DNA from: Macrostomum hystrix | Lineage: Eukaryota; Animalia; Platyhelminthes | DNA length: 64,000 bases | Direction of reading: 5' to 3' | Assembly: GCA_950097015.1 (NCBI GenBank) | Contig: CATNEN010000002.1 | Span: 1,178,001 to 1,242,000, forward strand | Shown: positions 24,701 to 38,000 of the stretch, in pieces | Layout: each line of letters starts with the position of its first letter | How positions within the stretch are numbered: the stretch's first letter is position 1 | Position numbers and translations under genes: made by a program | The notes under the pieces: model-generated | Told to the model about the DNA's origin: nothing | The model's database searches: none | Seen by the model: the letters and a program-made list of their open reading frames with translations, nothing else

Positions 24701-25511
24701 TGGCCAAAGGTGTCAGAGAATGGGGTGGTGGGTTTGGAGTTTGAAGACTGGCGGTTAGAAGGTGTGAAGGAACGGGATGGTGGGTTAGGGGTTTGAAGAC
24801 TGGCGGATAAGGGTGTGAAGGAATGGGGTGGTGGGTTAGGGGTTTGAAGACTGGCGTATAAGGGTGTGAAGGAATGGGGTGGTGGGTTAGGGGTTTGAAG
24901 ACTGGTGGATAAGGGGTGTGATGGAATTTGAAGATGAACTATAAGGACAAGGATTAGCGGTAGTTAAGAAAGAAAGAGTTTTTACAATCGCAGATAAGGG
25001 GGGCGTAAGAGGTGTAGAATTATTGCATTTTTTCGCAAAAGTTTCACTCACCGGGCTAATAACAAATCCCACCCAGATGGAGAAGCAGAGACGGGAAATC
25101 GACAACCTGCGCCAGCAACTGCGCAACTCGCAGCAGCAGCTGACCCGCCTGGCCAGTTCCCAGCAGGAGCTTCACCGCTCCGTCAGCGTCACCCGCGTGC
25201 CGACTGGCGCAGTGCCGGCCACCACCCCGGAGGAGCCGCCGACCATCAGTTCGATGGCAGATCCAGGAGACTATGATCTGCTGGCCCGCACGCCATCGCC
25301 AGCCAATTGGGTGTCGCCACAGACTGGCATTGAAACTCGGCGCTCGTCGGCCGACCTCATCGACCAGCCAATCCAGGAGGAGGAGCTGGAGGAAGCCGCA
25401 GCCAATCAGGAGTCGCTGGAGTCGCTGCACTATCCAACTGTTAGGTCGGCGAATAAACGGCGAAGCTCAATCGGCGAGGCCTACACGGATGGCCGGTTGT
25501 GTCAAGCGTGA
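21708..25511 (+). CDS. Type I membrane protein: signal peptide, Cys-rich Ig-like domain, Thr/Ser stalk, TM helix, long cytoplasmic tail (~627 aa)
   Basis: Exons 21708-22389, 22829-22942, 23034-23162, 24134-24657, 25077-25511 (1884 nt, in frame). Signal MISDLLLVLLFASL. Ig B-strand FRFVCRA and F-strand MSGFYAC. TM IDIVLMVLFIVLVIVLLAGFLFI is in an exon missed by the ORF track. Coiled coil EKQRREIDNLRQQL. Confidence 0.85.
23190..24010. repeat. 18-19-bp G-rich minisatellite (GGGTGATGGCTGGGTAGT) filling an intron of the Ig-receptor gene
   Basis: Tandem units lie between the donor at 23163 and the acceptor at 24133. Confidence 0.95.
24720..24925. repeat. ~51-bp G-rich tandem repeat in intron
   Basis: ggtttgaagactggcggataagggtgtgaaggaatggggtggtgggttag, about 4 copies. 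Confidence 0.85.
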
Positions 25512-26149
25512 CACACCACGCGAGCTGAAATTCGCGGTGTAGATTCCAGTGTACAGTCACCATGCAGAATTGTAAATTATTGTTCAGATTTCTTTTGCGA
25601 CCATAATAATGCAATCGACTGATCTCAGACTATGATTATGATGAATACTTAGTTCACAAACAGACCTACCAGACAGTAACAATCAATCGTTTGATTGATT
25701 TATCAATGCACTTTTATTGCTTCAAATTAACAAATAGATCCAAGCACCACAGCGCAGCACTCTGACAATCCGCTTTGCACTTAAAATACTCTTCGAGCTC
25801 CCGTTTTACCATCGATTAACATCATCGTTAAGATCATTTTCCTGCTTGTGTAGCATAATATTTTTCGCTACATATCGGAAAGCAAGAGTAGTATGTAGAG
25901 AATATGTTTTTAGCCTGAATGTTTTGAATATGTTTATCTATACTAGCAAATAAATTTCATTGTGCATGAAAGTACTTAATTTTCAAACATTTTTACAGTT
26001 TTCTTTCTTTAAGGCAATAGTAATTTTTTCATAAGTCTTGAAAAAACGAAACAGTGGCTCTAGGTATCTGTAAGAAAAGGGATAATTTCATGGTTACACA
26101 TGATCATGTCATCACCGGTAACATTAGGATTAGGATTATCATCTTATTG

Positions 26150-26625
26150 AAGTACATGTTAGACACAGAAATACTTGCCTGTTAGACACAGAAATACTTG
26201 CCTGTTAGACACCGTACTTACCTGTTAGACACCGTAATACTTACCTGTTAGACACCGTAATACTTACCTGTTAGACACCGTAATACTTACCTGTTAGACA
26301 CGGTAATAGTTAGCTGTTAGACACAGAAATACTTACCTGTTAGACACGGTAATACTTACCTGTTAGACACCGTAATAGTTAGCTGTTAGACACAGAAATA
26401 ATTACCTGTTAGACACCCTAATAGTTACCTGTTAGACACAGAAATACTTACCTGTTAGACACGGTAATAATTACCTGTTAGACACTGTAATAGTTACCTG
26501 TTAGACACAGAAATACTTACCTGTTAGACACGGTAATACTTACCTGTTAGACACCGTAATAGTTAGCTGTTAGACACATAAATTCTTACCTGTTAGACAC
26601 GCTACTAATTACCTGTTAGACATAG
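26150..26625. repeat. ~23-bp minisatellite with CTGTTAGAC core
   Basis: cctgttagacacagaaatactta and variants, about 20 copies. Confidence 0.95.
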
Positions 26626-27099
26626 TAAAACTTTTAAAGACTTGCTTTTTGGACATTTAGCTTAGTCCAGTTAGATGAACCATGGACTTATTTAGCAAGT
26701 ATTTTGTTAGCTAGCTAGATTCCAGATGCTAGCTATAGAGGTACATGGTAAGACTATGGGACTTAATGATCTTCGCTTGATGTAATCAAGACCTGCGTCT
26801 AAAATTAAATCTTAAACTGATGCCAAAGAAAAACTTGTAAAAAAGTATTTTGTTTACATCACCCCAAGATAAGCAGCTATTAGCTAAAACATGGGACGAA
26901 TATACATATCAAAGTTAGCAGGGAAAAAGCTAAAAGACAAAAATTCAACACGTCTAATTTGCTTCGCATAGGCTGTCGCATAATTTTCTGAATCAGCCAT
27001 CGAGATAATTAGTGCCACCCGAACCAAAGCCTTCCTGTTTATCAGCGTGGAAAAATCTTGAAATTTTTGCACCTGAAACTGAAGTCTGCAGTTTCTAAA

Positions 27100-30000
27100 C
27101 TCACAGTCACTCATTCACTCACAGTCACTCATTCACTCACAGTCACTCATTCACTCACAGTCGCTCATTCACTCACACAGTCGCTCATTCACTTACAGTC
27201 ACTCATTCACTTAGAGTCACTCATTCACTCACACAGTCACTCATTCACTCACAGTCACCCATTCACTCACAGTCATTCACTCACAGTCACTCATTCACTC
27301 ACAGTCACTCATTCACTCACAGTCACTCATTCACTCACAGTCACTCATTCACTCACAGTCGCTCATTCACTCACACAGTCGCTCATTCACTTTCAGTCAC
27401 TCATTCACTTAGAGTCACTCATTCACTTAGAGTCACTCATTCACACACAGTCACTCATTCACACACAGTCACTCATTCACTCACAGTCACTCATTCACTC
27501 ACAGTCACTCATTCACTCACAGTCACTCATTCACTCACACAGTCGCTCATTCACTCACAGTCACTCATTCACTTAGAGTCACTCATTCACTCACAGTCAC
27601 TCACTCACAGTCACTCATTCACTCACAGTCACTCATTCACTCACAGTCACTCATTAACTCACAGTCACTCATTCACTTAGAGTCACTCATTCACTTAGAG
27701 TCACTCATTCACTTAGAGTCACTCATTCACTTAGAGTCACTCATTCACACACAGTCACTCATTCACTTACAGTCACTCATTCACTCACAGTCACTCATTC
27801 ACTCACAGTCACTCATTCACTCACAGTCACTCATTCACTCACACAGTCGCTCATTCACTTACAGTCACTCATTCACTTAGAGTCACTCATTCACTCACAC
27901 AGTCACTCATTCACTCACAGTCACCCATTCACTCACAGTCATTCACTCACAGTCACTCATTCACTCACAGTCACTCATTCACTCACAGTCACTCATTCAC
28001 TCACAGTCACTCATTCACTCACAGTCGCTCATTCACTCACACAGTCGCTCATTCACTTACAGTCACTCATTCACTTAGAGTCACTCATTCACTTAGAGTC
28101 ACTCATTCACACACAGTCACTCATTCACACACAGTCACTCATTCACTCACAGTCACTCATTCACTCACAGTCACTCATTCACTCACAGTCACTCATTCAC
28201 TCACACAGTCGCTCATTCACTCACAGTCACTCATTCACTTAGAGTCACTCATTCACTCACAGTCACTCACTCACAGTCACTCATTCACTCACAGTCACTC
28301 ATTCACTCACAGTCACTCATTCACTCACAGTCACTCATTCACTTAGAGTCACTCATTCACTTAGAGTCACTCATTCACTTAGAGTCACTCATTCACTTAG
28401 AGTCACTCATTCACTTAGAGTCACTCATTCACACACAGTCACTCATTCACTTACAGTCACTCATTCACTCACAGTCACTCATTCACTCACAGTCACTCAT
28501 TCACTCACAGTCACTCATTCACTCACACAGTCGCTCATTCACTTACAGTCACTCATTCACTTAGAGTCACTCATTCACTTAGAGTCACTCATTCACTTAG
28601 AGTCACTCATTCACTTAGAGTCACTCATTCACTTAGAGTCACTCATTCACACACAGTCACTCATTCACTTACAGTCACTCATTCACTCACAGTCACTCAT
28701 TCACTCACAGTCACTCATTCACTCACAGTCACTCATTCACTCACACAGTCGCTCATTCACTCACAGTCACTCATTCACTTAGAGTCACTCATTCACTTAG
28801 AGTCACTCATTCACTCACAGTCACTCATTCACTCACAGTCACTCACTCACTCACAGTCATTCACTCACAGTCACTCATTCACTCACAGTCATTCACTCAC
28901 AGTCACTCATTCACTCACAGTCACTCATTCACTCACAGTCACTCATTCACTCACAGTCACTCATTCACTCACAGTCACTCATATACTCACAGTCACTCAT
29001 TCACTCACAGTCACTCATTCACTCACACAGTCGCTCATTCACTCACACAGTCGCTCATTCACTCACAGTCACTCATTCACTTAGAGTCACTCATTCACTT
29101 AGAGTCACTCATTCACACACAGTCACTCATTCACTTACAGTCACTCATTCACTCACAGTCACTCATTAACTCACAGTCACTCATTCACTCACAGTCACTC
29201 ACTCACTCACAGTCACTCATTCACTCACAGTCACTCACTCACAGTCACTCATTCACTCACAGTCACTCACTCACAGTCACTCATTCACTCACAGTCACTC
29301 ATTCACTCACAGTCACTCATTAACTCACAGTCACTCATTCACTCACTGTCACTCATTCACTCACACAGTCACTCATTCACTCACAGTCACCCATTCACTC
29401 ACAGTCATTCACTCACAGTCACTCATTCACTCACAGTCATTCACTCACAGTCACTCATTCACTCACAGTCACTCATTCACTCACAGTCACTCATTCACTC
29501 ACAGTCACTCATTCACTCACAGTCACTCATATACTCACAGTCACTCATTCACTCACAGTCACTCATTCACTCACAGTCACTCATTCACTCACAGTCACTC
29601 ATTCACTCACAGTCACTCATTCACTCACAGTCACTCATTCACTCACAGTCACTCATTCACTCACAGTCACTCATTCACTCACAGTCACTCATATACTCAC
29701 AGTCACTCATTCACTCACAGTCACTCATTCACTCACAGTCACTCATTCACTCACAGTCACTCATTCACTCACAGTCACTCATTCACTCACAGTCACTCAT
29801 TCACTCACAGTCACTCATTCACTCACAGTCACTCATTCACTCACAGTCACTCATTCACTCACAGTCACTCATTCACTCACAGTCACTCATATACTCACAG
29901 TCACTCATTCACTCACAGTCACTCATTCACTCACAGTCACTCATTCACTCACAGTCACTCATTCACTCACAGTCACTCATTCACTCACAGTCATTCACTC

Positions 30001-30408
30001 ACAGTCACTCATTCACTCACAGTCACTCATTCACTCACAGTCACTCATTCACTCACAGTCACTCATATACTCACAGTCACTCATTCACTCACAGTCACTC
30101 ATTCACTCACAGTCATTCACTCACAGTCACTCATATACTCACAGTCACTCATTCACTCACAGTCACTCATTCACTCACAGTCATTCACTCACAGTCACTC
30201 ACTCAATCACAGTCACTCACTCACAGTCACTCATTCACTCACAGTCACTCATTCACTCACAGTCACTCATTCACTCACAGTCACTCACTCACTCACAGTC
30301 ACTCATTCACTCACAGTCACTCATTCACTCACAGTCACTCATTCACTCACAGTCAGTCACTCATTCACTCACAGTCACTCATTCACTCACAGTCACTCAT
30401 TCACTCAA
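27100..30408. repeat. 18-bp satellite (CACTCACAGTCACTCATT), 3.3 kb
   Basis: Continuous array with ttagag and cacacag variants and a 666-bp higher-order duplication. Confidence 0.98.
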
Positions 30409-30944
30409 ATTCTTAGAAAATGCTCACGAGCAATTCGTTTATTTCATAATCCTATTCAATATATTTTGCAGCCAATCAGATTCGACCTGGAAACCAAGAA
30501 AATGTTTTTCCGAGAAGAGTTTTTGCAAGCAGCAGCACATGACTCTCTAGCAATCGTTTGTCTAAATTGGAAGAAAACTAAAATCGCCTGATTAATAATT
30601 AATCGCAGGTAACATTTGCATTTGTTTTCTGGGCTGCTGCATCTGTTGGGGTCGCACAAACTTCAGTTCGCTATGAGGTCAAGATTAATCAACACTTCAG
30701 GATAACCACGAGTATAAATGAGGAAATCCAATCAGACTGCCTTCGACAATAACAGGGCTCGATCAAAGCGTACTGCCTCATCGACCAAGGACTCACTGGC
30801 TGTGAGACCTGCGAGATATTCGGCGTCAAACAGAATCAAATCTAACCATGACAAACAGACAGAGAAATCAGCAACAGCAGCAGCAGCAACAGCTATGACA
30901 GCTATGGTGAGAGCTTTTATCAGTCAGTTTTATCAGATCCTCAC

Positions 30945-31908
30945 ACAGCCACTCTCTAGATCTTCACACAGCCACTCTCTAGATCTTCACACAGCCACTC
31001 TCTAGATCTTCAGTCAGCCACTCTCTAGATCTTCACACAGCCACTCTCTAGATCTTCACACAGCCACTCTCTAGATCTTCACTCAGCCACTCTCGAGATC
31101 TTCACACAGCCACTCTCTAGATCTTCACTCAGCCACTCTCTAGATCTTCACTCAGCCACTCTCTAGATCTTCACACAGCCACTCTCTAGATCTTCACACA
31201 GCCACTCTCCAGATCTTTACTCAGTCACTCTCCAGATCTCAGTCACTCTCCACATCTCAGTCACTCTCCAGATCTCAGTCACTCTCCACATCTCAGTCAC
31301 TCTACAGATCTCAGTCACTCTACAGATCTCAGTCACTCTCCTCATCTCAGTCACTCTCCAGATCTCAGTCACTCTCCACATCTCAGTTACTCTCCAGATC
31401 TCAGTCACTCTCCACATCTCAGTCACTCTCCAGATCTCAGTCACTCTCCACATCTCAGTTACTCTCCACATCTCAGTCACTCTACAGATCTCAGTCACTC
31501 TCCACATCTCAGTCACTCTCCAGATCTTTACTCAGTCACTCTCCAGATCCCAGTTACTCTCCACATCTCAGTCACTCTACAGATCTCAGTCACTCTCCAC
31601 ATCTCAGTCACTCTCCAGATCTCAGTCACTCTACAGATCTCAGTCACTCTCCACATCTCAGTCACTCTCCAGATCTCAGTCACTCTCCACATCTCAGTCA
31701 CTCTCCAGATCTTTACTCAGTCACTCTCCACATCTCAGTCACTCTCCACATCTCAGTCACTCTCCACATCTCAGTCACTCTACAGATCTCAGTCACTCTC
31801 CACATCTCAGTCACTCTCCAGATCTCAGTCACTCTCCAGATCTCAGTCACTCTCCAGATCTTTACTCAGTCACTCTCCACATCTCAGTCACTCTCCACAT
31901 CTCAGTCA
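30945..31908. repeat. Compound 23-bp then 18-bp minisatellite (cacacagccactctctagatctt, then tctcagtcactctccaga)
   Basis: The unit changes across the array. It lies between a GTGAG donor-like site (30907) and an acceptor-like TAG (31916). Confidence 0.93.
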
Positions 31909-32005
31909 GCCTCTAGAACGTTTTCCGTGTCGCATTCTTGGGCAGAAAGCCGCAGAGTCCCAGACGGCGACCTCGGCCTCAGGTTTCGGCGGCAGTCAGG
32001 GCTTC

Positions 32006-35000
32006 ATGCCAGAATCGGACTCAACCGCCTGCTATGAGCTGCGGACCCAGAAGGAGTTGTTTGAGTCGTTCGCAGTTAGCACAGCCACTCACGGAGTCAA
32101 TCATCTGATCCAAGGCAGCAGCCACACTCGCCGATTGCTGTGGTCTGGCTTCCTGCTGGCCGCTGGCATGGGCCTGATGCTGCACTTCACGCAGCTGGTC
32201 ACGCGGTACGCGGATTATCCTGTCAACACGGAGATCTCGCAGGAGTCGGCCGAGTTTGAAATGCCAGACATCACATTCTGCCCCAATGACTACGCGAGCA
32301 GGTATTACTCAAAGGTGAGGCTTGTAAGATTTGAGAAGTGAGTAGCGGAGGGGTCTGGCGCGTTTGCTTCTAGCATCAAGGTCCTGAGTACGACAACGCT
32401 ATATTTTCCCCCATGTAAAGATAGCTTTCAAAACGAATGACAGATTTTCGTGAAAGTCCACAATTTGGATCCAAATTTTCTGCACTTCACGATCAACTAA
32501 CTTTTCATGGCAAAAACCTCCATGGCAAATCCATTTGATTTAATAATATGATAAGTTAACAATATAATCAGCAATAATTTGTTGATTAAAACTTTAATAA
32601 GTAGGAAACTTTACCAATAAAATATTAACTCCATTTTAACTCCTGAGGTTTACGTCGGCAGTTTATTTTGGTATAGATATAAAAGATATATTTGACAAAT
32701 AATTGTTAGCGTCGGGTGACGCGGGGGATGAGTCACCAGCATGACTAATTTCTTGTGCCTTCTTAGCATGGCCGCTTGGGGTCGGTTTGGGAATTCCCTG
32801 ACACACACCCCAATTAGAATCTCGTCCCCCGAGCACCCACCCCACTCCAGTGTATGTACATTGGAGTGGGGTGAAAACGTCGGTAAAAGCCAATCGGCCA
32901 AAGTTATAGACAGCTTTCTACCCTTAATTAGAGGGCAAGTGCTAGGCACAGTGAGAGTGTACATGGCAAAGAAAAATTCAGGGCAGATGTACACACCTGT
33001 ACACACCTGTACACACCTGTACACACCTGAACACACCTGCCTACGGTATCTATGCGCAAGAGTGCTCAGGAGTCGGCGAAATGAGCCGATTTTTTCATGT
33101 ACGTTCGTAGAAGAAAATTAGATTTGTCAATCAAAACGGTCAACGCCACTGCAGGAGGTGAACATCACGAACTCTCACGGAGCAGTGCGCACCTTGGCTG
33201 ACATTCCCTACGACATTGCTCGGGTGTGGCACCTGCTCAAGAATTGGACAAGGGAAATTCCAGTTTATCCCTATAGCAGCTACTGGGACGCCCGGCTGTC
33301 ACTGAAACAGATTGCCTACAGGTGAGTTCCGATACTCCAAACCTTCAGAAATCACAAACCTTCAGGAATCCCAAACCTTCAGGAATCCCAAACCTTCAAA
33401 AATTCCCATCCTTCAGAAATCACAAACCTTCGGAAATCCCAAATATTCGGAAATCCCAAATATTCAGAAATCCCAAACCTTCGGAAATCCCAAACTCTTA
33501 GAAATCCCAAACCTTCATAAACCCCAAGCCTTCCGAAATCCCAAACTCTTAGAGATCCCAAAACCTTCAGAAATCCCAAGCCTTCATAAATCCTAAACAT
33601 TCAGAAATCCCAAACGTTCAGAAATCCCAGATATTCAGAAATCACAAACCTTTAGAAATGCCAAACCTGTAGAAATGCTTAATCTTACGAAATCCCTAAT
33701 GTCAAGAAATACTCAAAATTAAAAAATCCCGATCTACAGAAATCTAAAAACTTTCGGAAATCCCCAACCTTAATAAATTCCCAACCTTGAAATTTCGGAA
33801 CTTTCAGAAATCTCAAATCCTAAGAATTTCAAGCCTTCAGAAATCCCCAACCGTTACGAATCCCTAAACCCTAAAAAATCCCCATCTACCTTTTAGAAGC
33901 CAATCGTTTGCACCGGTGCACGAGGCCGTTATCTTTTGCCACTTCAACGGAGCTCCCTGCACGCACAAGAACTTCACAATGTACAAGGACAACACCCTGT
34001 TTCTATGCTTCACCTTCCAACCGCAAAGTCGAAGATTGGTTCGCAGCGGTCCAGACGGAGGACTCAGCCTCGTGCTGTACAACTCGGCCGAGAGCTTCCT
34101 GACTGAGCAGGAGCAGCTGTTTCACCTGCCCGCGTTTCGGGCCTCCGTTCACAAGCCCGGCTCCGCTGCCGACTTTGAGAAGTCCGCCTTCACCGCCCCG
34201 CTGGGACACATCACCAAGGCGAGTCTTTGGATGCAGGGAAACTATAAGGTGAGCACTTGTTATGATACCTGTTAGATATGAACCTGTTAGATATGAACCT
34301 GTTAGATATGAATCTGTTAGATATGAATCTGTTAGATATTAACCTGTTAGATATGAACCTGTTAGATATGAACCTGTTAGATATTAACCTGTTAGATATG
34401 AAACTGTTAGATATGAACCTGTTAGATATGAACATGTTAGATATGAACCTGTTAAATATGAACCTGTTAGATATGAACCTGTTAGATATGAACCTGTTAG
34501 ATGTGAACCTGTTAGATATGAACCTGTTAAATATGAACCTGTTAGATATGAACCTGTTAGATATGAACCTGTTAAATATGAACCTGTTAGATGTGAACCT
34601 GTTAGATATGAACCTGTTAAATATGAACCTGTTAGATATGAACCTGTTAGATATGAACCTGTTAGATATGAACCTGTTAGATATGAACCTGTTAGACATG
34701 AACCTGTTAGATATGAACCTGTTAGACATGAATGTGTTACACAAAGCGCCAACCTGTTTCATGTGAAAATCAACACCGCAAGGTGGCCAGACGTAACGAG
34801 CCGTGCGTACCTGAGAGACCCCCGGTTCGCTACGTGATGGACTATTCACAGCTGCGGGCCCAACCAGCTGTGCGCGAGTTTCGCAGCAGCCGCAGGGACT
34901 GCCTGCTGTTCAATCGCCACCAGGAATTCCTGCAAGATTGCGGCTGCATCGCTGACCACCTGCTAATTCCGGAACAGGTGTTTCAGAGCGGCCGAAACAT

Positions 35001-38000
35001 GTGCCATGCACTTGACGATGAGGTGTTTTTCAGGTAGAGTTGCAGGTATAGTAAGTGTTATATCCCCAGTGTGTTATCCCCAGTGTGTTATCCCCAGTGT
35101 GTTATCCCCTGTGTGTTATCCCCAGTGTGTTATCCCCAGTGTGTTATCCCCAGTGTGTTATCCCCAGTGTGTTATCCCCAGTGTGTTATCCCTAGTGTGT
35201 TATCCCCAGTGTGTTATCCCCAGTGTTATATCCCCAGTGTGTTATCCCCAGTGTGTTATTCCCAGTGTGTTATCCCCAGTGTTATATCCCCAGTGTGTTA
35301 TCCCCAGTGTGTTATCCCCAGTGTGTTATCCCCAGTGTGTTATCCCCAGTGCGTTATCTCCAGTGTGTTATCCCCTGTGTGTTATCCCAGTGTGTTATCC
35401 CCAGTGTGTTATCCCCAGTGTGTTATCCCCAGTGCGTTATCTCCAGTGTGTTATCCCCAGTGTGTTATCCCTGTGTGTTATCCCCAGTGTGTTATCCCCA
35501 GTGTGTTATCCATGTGTGTTATCCCCAGTGTTTTATCCCCTGTGTGTTATCCCTGTGTGTTATCCCCTGTGTGTTATCCCCAGTGTGTTATCCCCTGTGT
35601 ATTATCCCTGTGTGTTATCCCCTGTGTGTTATCCCTGTGTGTTATCCCCTGTGTGTTATCCCCAGTGTGTTATCCCCTGTGTATTATCCCTGTGTGTTAT
35701 CCCCAGTGTGTTATCCCCTGTGTGTTATCCCTGTGTGTTATCCCCAGTGTGTTATCCCCTGTGTGTTATCCCTGTGTGTTATCCCCTGTGTGTTATCCCC
35801 AGTGTGTTATCCCCTGTGTGTTATCCCCAGTGTGTTATCCCCAGTGTGTTATCCCCAGTGTGTTATTCCCTGTGTGTTATCCCCAGTGTGTTATCCCCAG
35901 TGTGTTATCCCCAGTGTGTTATCCCCAGTGTGTTATCCCCAGTGTGTTATTCCCTGTGTGTTATCCCCAGTGTGTTATCCCCAGTGTGTTATCCCCTGTG
36001 TGTTATCCCCAGTGTGTTATCCCCTGTGTGTTATCCCCAGTGTGTTATCCCCAGTGTGTTATCCCCAGTGTGTTATTCCCTGTGTGTTATCCCCAGTGTG
36101 TTATCCCCTGTGTGTTATCCCCTGTGTGTTATCCCCTGTGTGTTATCCCCAGTGTGTTATCTCCAGTGTGTTATCTCCAGTGTGTTATCCCCAGTGTGTT
36201 ATCCCTAGTGTGTTATCTCCAGTGTGTTATCTCCAGTGTGTTATCTCCAGTGTGTTATCCCCAGTGTGTTATCCCTAGTGTGTTATCCCCAGTGTGTTAT
36301 CTCCAGTGTGTTATCTCCAGTGTGTTATCTCCAGTGTGTTATCTCCAGTGTGTTATCCCCAGTGTGTTATCCCCAGTGTGTTATCTCCAGTGTGTTATCT
36401 CCAGTGTGTTATCTCCAGTGTGTTATCCCCAGTGTGTTATCCCCAGTGTGTTATCCCCAGTGTGTTATCCCCAGTGTGTTATCCCCAGTGTGTTATCCCC
36501 TGTGTGGTATTCTCAGTCGGGTGTAGCAAGCGTGATATGCTAAGATTATTAAAATGTAACATTCCAGGGACATATTCTTCCGCGTCAGTGACAAAGGCAA
36601 ATTGTTCTACACAATGGTCAACATCAGCACTGATCGCTATGAGCCACTGGAGGACTATCTGTTCCGGTATCGATGGTCCAAGTTTGAGTCGTCTCAAAAC
36701 AATATCCGCTGCTTCTATCGAGTCAAGAACCGACAGGAGACTGTTGGACTTGAGTGAGAGAGCTTGTTGAAAATGAATTGCTTGATAGGGTGCCTGCCAA
36801 TTAGGAATAAGGCGATTGGATGGGAGATGGGAAATGGTAGAGTTTAGGAGAGGATGGGAGAGTTTAGGAGAGGATGGGAGAGTTTAGGAGAGGATGGGAG
36901 AGTTTAGGAGAGGATGGGAGAGTTTAGGAGAGGATGGGAGAGTTTAGGAGAGGATGGGAGAGTTTAGGAGAGGATGGGAGAGTTTAGGAGAGGATGGGAG
37001 AGTTTAGGAGAGGATGGGAGAGTTTAGGAGAGGATGGGAGAGTTTAGGAGAGGATGGGAGAGTTTAGGAGAGGATGGGAGAGGATGGGAGAGTTTAGGAG
37101 AGAATGGGAGAGGATGGGAGAGTTTAGGAGAGGATGGGAGAGGATGGGAGAGTTTAGGAGAGGATGGGAGAGGGTGGGAGAGGATTGGAGAGGATGGGAG
37201 AGTTTAGGAGAGGATGGGAGAGGGTGGGAGAGTTTAGGAGAGGATGGGAGAGGGTGGGAGAGGATTGGAGAGGATGGGAGAGTTTAGGAGAGGATGGGAG
37301 AGGGTGGGAGAGGATTGGAGAGGATGGGAGAGAGTGAGCGAGTTGTTTCCAGTGGACGCCCACCCCACCCTGGCCAACCAATCAGCGAGTCGGCCTGTCC
37401 TGACGAATGCGAGCAGCGCAAGTACAGCTTTTCGGCCGTGAGCTACCTGTGGCCCGGCAACCGCTCGGACGCACCCAGCAGCGCCATGAACAAGTTCATC
37501 CTACAGAGAGTTCGCGAACTCCAACTGGAAGGCTTGTCGACTCCAGCGCTAGACAGAGCTCTGAGAAGCCTAAACTCTGAACTGGGCAACAGCTACGCTG
37601 TGCTCCAGGTGTTCCCAGCCGAGCTCAGAGGTCTCACCTACAAGGAGGACTTTGCCTATCCGCTCAAGAACTTGTTCAGCGATTTCGGCGGCATTTTGGG
37701 TGGGTCATAAAAACATCACGTGATTAGTTGCAGAGTTCGGGAAATTTGCTGTACCTGTAACGATTTCTTATGCAACAAATTGAGTCCTCGCAGTAAGAGC
37801 CCGTTCATACGGCAGTGAGCCAATTCATCAGGCCGAGAGTCAAAATATATTTAAGTTTAACAGAGCGATAAGGAAGGGGGTTGGTTAGAAGGGTAACATG
37901 TGCGCGGACTGGCCAGAGGTAAGAGATGAAACGCAGGGGAAGGAAAGAGAGACGATGTGAGAGCCAATCAGAGCCGAGAGAGAAGATAAGGCTAATAAAT

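Noticed and set aside
26150-26625. Telomeric or interstitial telomere repeat (TTAG-containing)
   Set aside because: The units are 15-23 bp with TTAGAC/TTAGAT, not tandem TTAGGG.
34211-34849. MNLLD and SNRFI repeat proteins
   Set aside because: Artefacts of the 15-bp array.
35006-36770. Cys/Pro-rich 'metallothionein or keratin-like' ORFs
   Set aside because: They are translations of the 15-bp intronic minisatellite between well-defined ENaC exons.
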